32,000 bases of DNA from Ruminococcus albus 7 = DSM 20455 (GCF_000179635.2 NC_014833.1:2490001-2522000); one strand, 5' to 3'. Positions 23,689 to 31,192 are shown, counted from the first letter of the stretch. Notes: a model not told the origin generated them from the sequence alone. Numbers and translations: made by a program.

Positions 23689-25620
23689 TCATATTCTGTG
23701 GCGTCTTCGGCTGACCTTGTAGCGGTACATATTCTCATCCGCGATAGTCAGCAGTTTTTCAACATCGGTATCATCCTCGTCACTTAGTGCACAGCCAATG
23801 CTGGCGGTAACTGTGTAAGGCTTATCATCCCCTGCTGTCAGCTTGCTGAGATTGTCACAGAAATCATTGACATACTTATCATTGTCAAATTTATCCTTCT
23901 CTCTCAGACCAAGGATGTAGAATTCATCGCCGCCTGCACGACAGCAGATATCTCCGTCGTTTGCAATCGACCTTACGGCATCTGCAACTCGGATTATACC
24001 GTGGTCACCCTCTGAATGACCAAATGTATCATTTATGTATTTCAGACCGTCCATATCTACAACGGCTGCAAACAAACGATCATGCGGTTTTGCCCTCTTA
24101 AACAGCTTTTCTATCTTCTGGAACATACCGCGCCTGTTAAGCAGTCCGGTCATCTTGTCATTTATGGAAAGCTCAAGGAATCGGTTCCTGGTACGTACCA
24201 TTTCAAGGGCGTTGTTGACAAATCTCAGCCAGTTGCGGTATACCATATTGTATTTTGGGGCATCGCTCAACTTACGCTGCAATACACCATATCCAAGTGT
24301 ATTATTCGCAAAATGCACAGCAGAAAAATAGTATATGGAAGGTGGCTCATTTTTTATAAACTGCTGCGGCAGCATCTCCGAGGTATCGAAAGTTATCCTC
24401 TTTTTTAGCTCCTGCAGATCGTCAAGTCTATCCTTGGATCTGAACATAACAAGATCCATCTTTTCGGGATAACCCTCTTTTATATCCCGTGAATCATCGA
24501 GCCAGTCCTGTCTCAGACAAAGAAAGAAATTTCTCATCGGAGATACAATATAAGCCGAATTATAGATATTCTGTATGCATTCCTCAGGATCACGTGAAGC
24601 TGTAAGCTGTTCGGGTATATGGTTCTCCATAAGCAGTCCTATGTCGATATTATCCTCATATACATTCTTAGTATAGTTCCTCATCAAAAAATAGATAGAT
24701 GTTCTTACTGCATCAAGAGTATTCCTTGCATCAAAAGTACATCCACAGCTCATACCTGTATGCAGTGCCGAAGCTACATCGACCTCGTATGGACTGATCT
24801 CTGCTCCGGGTTCGATACGGCGGCGTAAGATATCCACTGCATCTGCTGCACATTTGGCATAGTTTGACTCTATGGAGGTGAGTGTTATATCTGAAAGAAA
24901 AGCATCAATTGTAGCCTCAAATCCGAGGACTATCATATCCTCGGGAATATGTCCGCCAAGATGTGTGTATTCTTCTATAAAACCAAGAGCCATGTGGTCG
25001 CTGGAGGCTATGAGAGCATCCGGTTTTGATACCTTTCCGGATACTATATCCTGTGCAAGCTGTACACCGCTGTTGTACCAGAAATCACCATAGATTATAT
25101 GATCCTCAGACACCTCAAGACCATGCTTGTGTATCTCGTCCAGCATTGAGGCAAGACGGTCTTCAGCCTCATAATTGTCCTTGAAACCTGTTAGCAGACA
25201 AATATCCTTGCAGCCGTGAACTTCGATAGCATGACGGCAAAGTTCACGCATAAGCTGGTCATTGGAATTCTCGGACACTATAAGATCTTTAAAAGGCTTT
25301 CCTATGCTGATACAGGGTACCGATGTTTTTTTGATTAAATCATTATAGATCTTATTGATAATATCCGTATTATTATTATAAGTCATACCTATGACATCAA
25401 CAATGATGCCGTCGAACTTACTGTAATTTGGAAGATTATAAATGTTATTCTCACCGTCGAGATATTCTTTCAGATAGAAATCAAACGCCACCATTGATGA
25501 GACGACCACAAGATCATAGCCATATTTTTCACACTGAGCCGCTGCACCGATACTTACTCTTTTCGGATGAGCAGTTTCGAGCATACAAGTCAGCAGGCAG
25601 ATAGTTTTACGTTCATTCAC
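23689..25620 (-). CDS. diguanylate cyclase with N-terminal LacI/RbsB-type ligand-binding domain (paralogue of 20467-22818)
   Basis: The ORF-track GTG at 25629 overlaps the GGAGG SD, so I start at the in-frame GTG 25620 (7-8 nt after the SD). PBP pattern: ICLLT...YDLVVVSS...ALIASSDHMALGFIEEYTHLGGHIPEDMIVLGFE. GGDEF motifs: MTGLLNRRGMF, VDMDGLKYINDTFGHSEGD, CRAGGDEFYILG. No TM. Confidence 0.9.
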   Translation of the reverse strand: MNERKTICLLTCMLETAHPKRVSIGAAAQCEKYGYDLVVVSSMVAFDFYLKEYLDGENNIYNLPNYSKFDGIIVDVIGMTYNNNTDIINKIYNDLIKKTSVPCISIGKPFKDLIVSENSNDQLMRELCRHAIEVHGCKDICLLTGFKDNYEAEDRLASMLDEIHKHGLEVSEDHIIYGDFWYNSGVQLAQDIVSGKVSKPDALIASSDHMALGFIEEYTHLGGHIPEDMIVLGFEATIDAFLSDITLTSIESNYAKCAADAVDILRRRIEPGAEISPYEVDVASALHTGMSCGCTFDARNTLDAVRTSIYFLMRNYTKNVYEDNIDIGLLMENHIPEQLTASRDPEECIQNIYNSAYIVSPMRNFFLCLRQDWLDDSRDIKEGYPEKMDLVMFRSKDRLDDLQELKKRITFDTSEMLPQQFIKNEPPSIYYFSAVHFANNTLGYGVLQRKLSDAPKYNMVYRNWLRFVNNALEMVRTRNRFLELSINDKMTGLLNRRGMFQKIEKLFKRAKPHDRLFAAVVDMDGLKYINDTFGHSEGDHGIIRVADAVRSIANDGDICCRAGGDEFYILGLREKDKFDNDKYVNDFCDNLSKLTAGDDKPYTVTASIGCALSDEDDTDVEKLLTIADENMYRYKVSRRRHRI

Positions 25621-25658
25621 AGTGCACACCTCCAGACACTGACATATTTTATTAATTG

Positions 25659-25687
25659 ATTATAACACACTTTCAATAAAAAATCAA
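25659..25687 (-). promoter_or_regulatory. candidate sigma-A promoter of the second cyclase gene
   Basis: Minus strand TTGATT (25687-25682), a 17-nt spacer, then TATAAT (25664-25659). Confidence 0.55.
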
Positions 25688-25750
25688 CCACTTTTAACCA
25701 TTTTTTATGATAATTATTTAGAATTTTTGTATTACTACCACAGATACAGC

Positions 25751-25787
25751 AAAAAGGGCGTGTAGCATACGCGCTCACGCCCTTTTT
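25751..25787 (-). terminator. intrinsic terminator after the ABC permease gene
   Basis: AAAAAGGGCGTG-(13-nt loop)-CACGCCCTTTTT. The GGGCGTG/CACGCCC stem is flanked by an A run and a T run, 16 nt after the permease stop. Confidence 0.8.
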
Positions 25788-25802
25788 ATCATTATCGTCA
25801 GA

Positions 25803-27818
25803 TCATTTACGATCTTTTATAATATTTTTGCTGCTGAAATAAGTCACGAGGAAGTATCCGCCGTATATCGCTGCAAGTATAAGTGAGGTCACAGTTATGG
25901 AACGTCCCATATCCTCAGTGCCGAATACCTCCAGAGTCTTTACTGCAAAGTTCATGCCGAATACCGAGTGCAGCACTGCAAGTATCAGGGGTATAAGGAA
26001 GAATATGCCTGTCTGTCTGAACAGTGATCTGTTGAGATCCTTTTCGTCTGCGCCTATCTTTCTGAGCATCTCATATCTGCCTACACTGTCAGCACTCTCA
26101 GAAAGCTCTTTCAGCGCAAGTATCGCTCCGCTTGCTATCAGGAATACAAGTCCTACATAAAGTCCTACGAATGTAGCTATAGCACCTAAGCCTGCCGAAT
26201 TTCTGTTAACTTCCTGGCGCGATGTGAACATGCAGGCGCCGAAATTTTGGTTTTTCATCAGTTCGTTGATTTTGTTATTTACGGTCTTTTCAGCTGTGTC
26301 TTTGTCATCGGAAAGATAGTTGCCTATAAAGTATTCCATTTCCAGCGGACTCGATCCCGTTATAACATCGTCGGGTACTATTACAATACCCGTGTTTGTC
26401 CTTGCAACGTCTAAAGTGATGAATCCATCAACTGTATCATCGTACTGCGATCTCAGTGTTCTTCCGAATACACTTATCTCATCACCCTTGTCAAGGGTGC
26501 GGTCACGCAGTTCTTTAGTAGACTTGAAATTGCAGGTAACTATAAAGCTGTCTTTTTCAAGTTCAAGTTCATCTCTGCCGTAAAGTCTCATGAGAGCGTT
26601 GTAATCACTGACTTTTACTATTTTCTCGGGTTGATCGAACATTATCATACTATTATTTTTCTTGATCTCCTCAGCATCTTCACCCAGCATTTTTTCAAAT
26701 GTCAGACTTTCATCCATATAGGTGTAAAAGTGAGCGTATTCACTGAAATCTTCAGTAATATCAATACCCTCCTCCTCAACGATCTTCATAACGTCATGTT
26801 CCGGATAATGACCGTTTAAATAGAACTGAAGGTCGTAATCCGCAGGGCAGAGTTCCTTGATATTTTTGTTCAGCGAATTGCGTATGCAAAAGGCTGCCGC
26901 AAGCATACAGATAGTTACGAAAAGCATAAGGCATATCATCGTCATGGACATTACCATAGTGTTAACCTTGCTGCTGATCTGACGGAAGGTGAAACTGTTA
27001 AGGCTGCGGAAGTACATACCCTTCATGGACATCACTGTACGCAGCAGCATACCCGATACCGACCAGAATATAAAGAAAGTTGAAACAGCACCTGTTATGA
27101 TGCTTCCGATGATTTTTGCTCTGCTGAGATCCTGATAGCCTGCAGTTACTGTGTAATAAGCTGCACCCAGAGCTATGGCGGATATGATGAATATAACCAC
27201 GCATACAATGGGATTTTTCAGCTTTATCTGCTCGGAGCGTTTGCCCGACTGCATAAGATCGATGAGCTTCATCTTTGTGATGACTATGCTGTTGAATACC
27301 ATAACAACAAAGTACATCACACCAAAGTAGAGGATCGTCTTTGTTATCGCCTCGGCCGATACCGTGAACTTGTATGCGGTCATATCAGCTTCAAAAAGGT
27401 TTGCAACCAAAGCGCTCATCAGCTGAGAAAGTCCTATGCCCACCAGCAGACCCGCTGCCAGTGAACCCAGACCGATGATACCTGTCTCTACAAGCAGCAG
27501 CCTTGATATGCTGCCCTTGCCCATGCCGAGGGTCATATACAGAGCGAACTCCTTATGCCTGCGCTTCATTAAGAAACGGCTGGCATACACTATCAGCAGA
27601 CCCAGCACACCTGCCACGAAAATGCTTATGCCCGAGAGAACGGTGGAAAGCATATCAATTATCTCATAGCTGCTTTCGTCCAGCTTCATCATGGCTGCCT
27701 GTCCGCCGATCGCATTGAATACATAGAATACCGATACGCCTATCATCAGCGTGAAAAAATATATCGCATAGTCCCGCAGACTTCTGCGGATGTTGCTTAC
27801 AGAAAGCTTAAAGAGCAT
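25803..27818 (-). CDS. BceB-type ABC transporter permease (FtsX family, 10 TM)
   Basis: The ORF-track GTG 27830 lies inside the GGAGGTG SD, so I start at ATG 27818 ([17 protein letters not shown], a typical BceB N terminus). By eye there are 10 hydrophobic helices with a ~225-aa extracytoplasmic loop between TM7 and TM8. It overlaps the ATPase gene by 11 nt. Confidence 0.9.
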   Translation of the reverse strand: MLFKLSVSNIRRSLRDYAIYFFTLMIGVSVFYVFNAIGGQAAMMKLDESSYEIIDMLSTVLSGISIFVAGVLGLLIVYASRFLMKRRHKEFALYMTLGMGKGSISRLLLVETGIIGLGSLAAGLLVGIGLSQLMSALVANLFEADMTAYKFTVSAEAITKTILYFGVMYFVVMVFNSIVITKMKLIDLMQSGKRSEQIKLKNPIVCVVIFIISAIALGAAYYTVTAGYQDLSRAKIIGSIITGAVSTFFIFWSVSGMLLRTVMSMKGMYFRSLNSFTFRQISSKVNTMVMSMTMICLMLFVTICMLAAAFCIRNSLNKNIKELCPADYDLQFYLNGHYPEHDVMKIVEEEGIDITEDFSEYAHFYTYMDESLTFEKMLGEDAEEIKKNNSMIMFDQPEKIVKVSDYNALMRLYGRDELELEKDSFIVTCNFKSTKELRDRTLDKGDEISVFGRTLRSQYDDTVDGFITLDVARTNTGIVIVPDDVITGSSPLEMEYFIGNYLSDDKDTAEKTVNNKINELMKNQNFGACMFTSRQEVNRNSAGLGAIATFVGLYVGLVFLIASGAILALKELSESADSVGRYEMLRKIGADEKDLNRSLFRQTGIFFLIPLILAVLHSVFGMNFAVKTLEVFGTEDMGRSITVTSLILAAIYGGYFLVTYFSSKNIIKDRK

Positions 27819-28575
27819 CGCTAATGTCACCTCCCAGCAGTGTCACTACATCTATTATCTTATCAAAGAACTGCTTGCGGGTATCCTGACCGCGGTTTAT
27901 CTCATTGAATATCTTTCCGTCCTTTATGAATATCACACGGCTCGCATAACTTGCAGTGAAGCTGTCGTGTGTGACCATCATAATGGTAGCGCCGCATTCT
28001 GTATTCAGGTAGCGGAAGCGTTCAAGCAGCATCCTTGCACTCTTTGAATCCAGTGCACCTGTAGGTTCGTCAGCAAGCACCAGCTTAGGTGATGTGACTA
28101 TTGCACGTGCCGAAGCCACACGCTGTTTCTGTCCGCCCGACATCTGGTATGGGTACTTTTTGAGAACGTCTGTTATGCCCAGCTGTTCAGCTACGGCATT
28201 TACGGCTTTCTCGATCTCACCTGCAGGCTTTTTCTGTATTGACAGTGCAAGTGCGATATTTTCGTAAGCTGTCAGTGTATCCAGCAGGTTGAAGTCCTGA
28301 AAGATGAAACCCAGTTTCTCGCGCCTGAACTTATTGAGCGCCTTGCCCTTTATCTCGGTGATATCGCTGTCATCAAGATAGATATGACCTGCGGTAACAC
28401 GGTCGATGGTGGAAATGCAGTTTAACAGCGTTGTCTTTCCGCTGCCCGATGCACCCATTATTGCAACGAACTCGCCTTTATCCACCCCGAAGGATATATC
28501 ATCTATCGCCTTAGTAAGGCTGGATCGGCTGCCGTAGTACTTCTCGATGTTTCTGATCTCCAGTAATTTTTCCAT
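27808..28575 (-). CDS. BceA-type ABC transporter ATP-binding protein
   Basis: 255-aa ORF with Walker [14 protein letters not shown]-loop, signature [10 protein letters not shown], Walker [13 protein letters not shown] and an H-loop VTHD. AGGAG SD upstream. Confidence 0.94.
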   Translation of the reverse strand: MEKLLEIRNIEKYYGSRSSLTKAIDDISFGVDKGEFVAIMGASGSGKTTLLNCISTIDRVTAGHIYLDDSDITEIKGKALNKFRREKLGFIFQDFNLLDTLTAYENIALALSIQKKPAGEIEKAVNAVAEQLGITDVLKKYPYQMSGGQKQRVASARAIVTSPKLVLADEPTGALDSKSARMLLERFRYLNTECGATIMMVTHDSFTASYASRVIFIKDGKIFNEINRGQDTRKQFFDKIIDVVTLLGGDISDAL

Positions 28576-28646
28576 TCTCTTTTTCTCCTTTGCTATTGCT
28601 TTTATATAACTGATCTTTACAGTTGTCTTCTCTCTTTTGTTCTATA

Positions 28647-28728
28647 TTTGCGGGGGGCTCTCCCCTTCTTTATTGATCTTTATATCCGTTTTGCTGTCGC
28701 TCTTTCTTTATGCCTTATTATAATGTCT
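28647..28728 (-). repeat. degenerate third copy of the RR-box promoter unit, upstream of the ABC ATPase gene
   Basis: The minus strand reads AGACATTATAATAA..GAGCGACAGC..TATAAA..GGGGAGAGCCCC. It retains the left half-site, the GCGACAG block, a -10-like hexamer and the GGGG/CCCC hairpin of the two full units. The right half-site is degenerate (AATAA rather than TGTAA) and the box-to-hexamer spacing is 30 nt rather than 43. Confidence 0.5.
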
Positions 28729-28912
28729 GCTCCTGCTTTAAAAGATCTGTGTACTTTTTCTTTGCCAAAACATACATTACTGTGCATACTGCAAGGGTAG
28801 TCATGCCCTGTGATTCGATCGCACCCGTCTGTATAGTATTTATTACCATTCCCATAAGGACTGCTATAACTGTTACTGCACAAATGATAACTGATATTCT
28901 TGTCTTTTTCAT
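28718..28912 (-). CDS. small 2-TM membrane protein (paralogue B)
   Basis: 64 aa, MKKTRISVIICAVTVIAVLMGMVINTIQTGAIESQGMTTLAVCTVMYVLAKKKYTDLLKQEQTL, with a GGAAAGG SD 9 nt upstream. It has two hydrophobic helices with a short loop and aligns with the neighbouring small ORF (TR-I-VI...VIN...KY). Confidence 0.6.
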   Translation of the reverse strand: MKKTRISVIICAVTVIAVLMGMVINTIQTGAIESQGMTTLAVCTVMYVLAKKKYTDLLKQEQTL

Positions 28913-28941
28913 AACTATCTGCCTTTCCGCTTCAGCTTTTT

Positions 28942-29038
28942 TCGTCAGGGGTTCTTTCCCCTTGGTGTATCTTTATTATATCACGTATCTTGCTGTCTGT
29001 CGTTTTTTCTATATTACTTTACATTACAATTTTGTAAT
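28942..29038 (-). promoter_or_regulatory. RR-box promoter unit B (BceR-type inverted repeat + -10 + 5' hairpin)
   Basis: Minus strand TTACAAAATTGTAA (29037-29024), 43 nt, TATAAT (28980-28975), then the hairpin AGGGGAAAGAACCCCT (28962-28947). It is ~80% identical by eye to unit A over ~96 nt. The box overlaps the last 8 codons of the upstream small ORF. Confidence 0.62.
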
Positions 29039-29229
29039 GTTGCTTCTTCTTCCTCTATCTCCTCTTTGTATTTCATGGAAGAACATCCGTAGATGAAGGT
29101 ACCTAAGACGATCATTGTCGCCATTGCAGGATCAAAGACCTCTGTATGCGAGTAGTTTATCACTGCGATCACGAAAAATATTATAGTTGCCAGTGCGCTT
29201 ATTACCATTATTTTTCTTGTGTTCTCCAT
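29014..29229 (-). CDS. small 2-TM membrane protein (paralogue A)
   Basis: The ORF track starts at ATG 29238, which abuts the SD; I prefer ATG 29229 (GAAAGGA SD 8 nt upstream). 71 aa: MENTRKIMVISALATIIFFVIAVINYSHTEVFDPAMATMIVLGTFIYGCSSMKYKEEIEEEEATLQNCNVK, with two hydrophobic helices and an acidic tail. Confidence 0.6.
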   Translation of the reverse strand: MENTRKIMVISALATIIFFVIAVINYSHTEVFDPAMATMIVLGTFIYGCSSMKYKEEIEEEEATLQNCNVK

Positions 29230-29256
29230 AGTTATCATCCTTTCTTCCGTTCACAT

Positions 29257-29352
29257 CTTTCAGGGGTCTTTCCCCTTGCTGTGTCTATATTATAACAGAA
29301 GAAAAGCTGTCTGTCGCAATTTCTACATTACTTAACATTACAGTTTTGTAAT
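29257..29352 (-). promoter_or_regulatory. RR-box promoter unit A (BceR-type inverted repeat + -10 + 5' hairpin)
   Basis: Minus strand TTACAAAACTGTAA (29351-29338) fits the TNACA-N4-TGTAA inverted repeat I recall as the consensus for BceR-like regulators. It is followed by 43 nt, TATAAT (29294-29289), then the hairpin AGGGGAAAGACCCCT (29276-29262). Confidence 0.65.
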
Positions 29353-29425
29353 ATTCGCGGTAACATGATATCACCCCTATCCCTTCTGCAGAAAAATGCA
29401 GTCGGGGTACGGGGTGTGATAGTTA

Positions 29426-30418
29426 TTACATATTATGCAGTCTGTCCTTACCGAATACTATGGTGATCTCTGTATACTCCCCCTGCACCGAATCAGCCTT
29501 AACGGTATGTCCAAGCTTCGTGCAGAGCATTTTTACTATATATAGTCCCATTCCGGTAGACTTTGTGTGCGTCCTGCCGTTTTCGCCGGTAAAGGATTTT
29601 TCAAAAATATTCGGCAGATCGCTTTCGGGTATGCCTATGCCGTTATCCCACAGATGCAGTACTGTCCTGTCATCGAGATCCTCAGCGTATACCCTTATCT
29701 CATCGGCTTCATACTTTATGCTGTTGTTCATAAGCTGACCCAGTATGAAAGCCAGCCACTTTGCATCCGTCATTACCTCAACATCAAGCCCCCGAGCAGA
29801 AAGGGATATATTGCGCTCCTGTATCTCGGTGCGGTTCTTCATGGCTGTTTCACCGAAGATACGTTTCAGGGATGCATTCTTTATTATATAGTCCTTTTCT
29901 GCGTTGCGGCTCCTGGCATAGAACAGCACGTTCTCGATATAGTCATCTATGCGTTTGAGCTGTTCGGCATACCTTGTACTGCCGTCGTTGTGACACATAA
30001 GCTGCAGTGATGCCACAGGCAGCTTTATCTCATGCACCCATAGTTCTATATACTCACGGAACTCAGCATTCTCACGGCGGTATTCCGCGATGCGTTCGCA
30101 CATGGATTTATCCGTTCGCCTTAACACATCATGCAAAAGCCTGCCCTCGAAGAAATCGGGATCTTCCAGCACTTCCGCCAGCAGATATTTTTTATCCAGT
30201 TCATCAAGGCAGTTCACCATTTTATCGTAGTACAGCTTTTTTCTTACAAAAGTCAATACCTCGGAAATTATGCCCCCAATAAGAAATATTGCATCAAGCA
30301 TGATCATCTGCTCCGCTTCCATATGGAAAGCGTTCATGAAAATAAAAGCGATAACAAGTGCGGCAGCAAATATCCAATAGGCTGCTGCCCTGTCCTTAAT
30401 ATAGTCTGCAAAACTCAT
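29426..30418 (-). CDS. BceS-type intramembrane-sensing histidine kinase
   Basis: 330-aa ORF. Two N-terminal TM helices are separated by only ~6 residues (HMEAEQ), and there is no extracytoplasmic sensor domain. H-box is HEIKLPVASL, N-box is LGQLMNNSIKY, and the G-boxes are DNGIGI and GMGLYIV. It has a 4-nt ATGA overlap with the RR gene. Confidence 0.9.
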   Translation of the reverse strand: MSFADYIKDRAAAYWIFAAALVIAFIFMNAFHMEAEQMIMLDAIFLIGGIISEVLTFVRKKLYYDKMVNCLDELDKKYLLAEVLEDPDFFEGRLLHDVLRRTDKSMCERIAEYRRENAEFREYIELWVHEIKLPVASLQLMCHNDGSTRYAEQLKRIDDYIENVLFYARSRNAEKDYIIKNASLKRIFGETAMKNRTEIQERNISLSARGLDVEVMTDAKWLAFILGQLMNNSIKYEADEIRVYAEDLDDRTVLHLWDNGIGIPESDLPNIFEKSFTGENGRTHTKSTGMGLYIVKMLCTKLGHTVKADSVQGEYTEITIVFGKDRLHNM

Positions 30419-31077
30419 TTCAGCACGTACCCCTGTTTCTTGCGTGTTTCGATAGCATCCTCAAAGCCAAGGTCAGCAAGCTTGCCGCGCAGACGGCTGA
30501 TATTTACCGACAGTGCGTTATCGTTAACGAACTCATCATTATCCCACAGGGCAGTCATAAGGTCATCGCGGGTGACTATCTCTCCCTGTCTGTCAAACAG
30601 CAGCTGGAATATTATCATCTCATTTTTGGTGAGCACCTGTTCCCTGCCGTTCCTGGAGATGCTGCCCTTGACAGTACTCACCTCAGCATCGTGGAACATC
30701 TGTAAGGTGCTTGTCCTGTTAAATCGTTTGAGCACCGCGGATATCCTCAGCAGAAGAATAGTGGGATTATAGGGCTTGGTCACGTAGTCATCAGCCCCGA
30801 AGCTCATGGAGAGCACCTCATCTATCTCGGTGCTGCGGCTGGTGAGCATTATCACAGGGGTATCGGTGAACTTGCGGTACTCCTGCAGCAGGGCTTCACC
30901 GCCCACGAAAGGCAGGTTTATATCCAGCAGGATAAGGTCTGCATCGGATGCTTTCATCTGTTCAAGGGTATTGCTGAAATCTGTGACAGCGGAAGCTTCA
31001 TAGCCTGAATTGCGCAGCAGAGTAGCAACTTCATCGCGGAGGGCATTATCGTCCTCGATAACGAGTATTCTTTTCAT
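30415..31077 (-). CDS. OmpR/PhoB-family response regulator (BceR-like)
   Basis: 220-aa ORF. The receiver domain shows ILVIEDD, LILLDINLP (phospho-Asp) and VTKPY. The C-terminal winged helix shows LTKNEMIIFQLL, ALSVNISRLRGKL and IETRKKQGYVL. Confidence 0.93.
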   Translation of the reverse strand: MKRILVIEDDNALRDEVATLLRNSGYEASAVTDFSNTLEQMKASDADLILLDINLPFVGGEALLQEYRKFTDTPVIMLTSRSTEIDEVLSMSFGADDYVTKPYNPTILLLRISAVLKRFNRTSTLQMFHDAEVSTVKGSISRNGREQVLTKNEMIIFQLLFDRQGEIVTRDDLMTALWDNDEFVNDNALSVNISRLRGKLADLGFEDAIETRKKQGYVLK

Positions 31078-31115
31078 ATATGTAAAACTCCTGTATCATA
31101 AATTTATACAATATA

Positions 31116-31144
31116 ATTATAAACTATTTATGCAGATACGTCAA
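31116..31144 (-). promoter_or_regulatory. sigma-A-type promoter of the two-component system genes
   Basis: Minus strand TTGACG (31144-31139), a 17-nt spacer, then TATAAT (31121-31116). Confidence 0.6.
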
Positions 31145-31192
31145 CCCCGAAGCACTTTCAGCCTTCATGATGCAACGGCATTTATCCGCATA

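Noticed and set aside
28680-29096. Alternative ORFs in the small-gene region: 28680-28883 (-, 67 aa) and 28710-29096 (+, 128 aa)
   Set aside because: Neither has an SD. The minus-strand one is out of frame with the SD-preceded ORF and gives a non-hydrophobic Cys/Tyr-rich product. The plus-strand one is antisense and crosses the promoter unit. The two ORFs I annotated are mutually homologous, which these are not.
28576-29360. Possibility that the three repeated units are a CRISPR-like or other non-coding repeat array
   Set aside because: The repeats are ~96 nt rather than 25-40 nt, only ~80% identical, and spaced ~315 nt apart. Each is followed by an SD and a membrane-protein ORF, and no cas genes are present. 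They behave as duplicated promoter/gene cassettes.
29369-29421. Compound hairpin just after the histidine kinase stop (CACCCC...GGGGTG outer stem, CTGCA-tttttc-TGCAG inner stem on the minus strand), considered as an intrinsic terminator
   Set aside because: No U tract follows it on the minus strand (the next bases are ATATCATGTTACC). It may still be a processing or stability element or a weak terminator, but I cannot support a terminator call.
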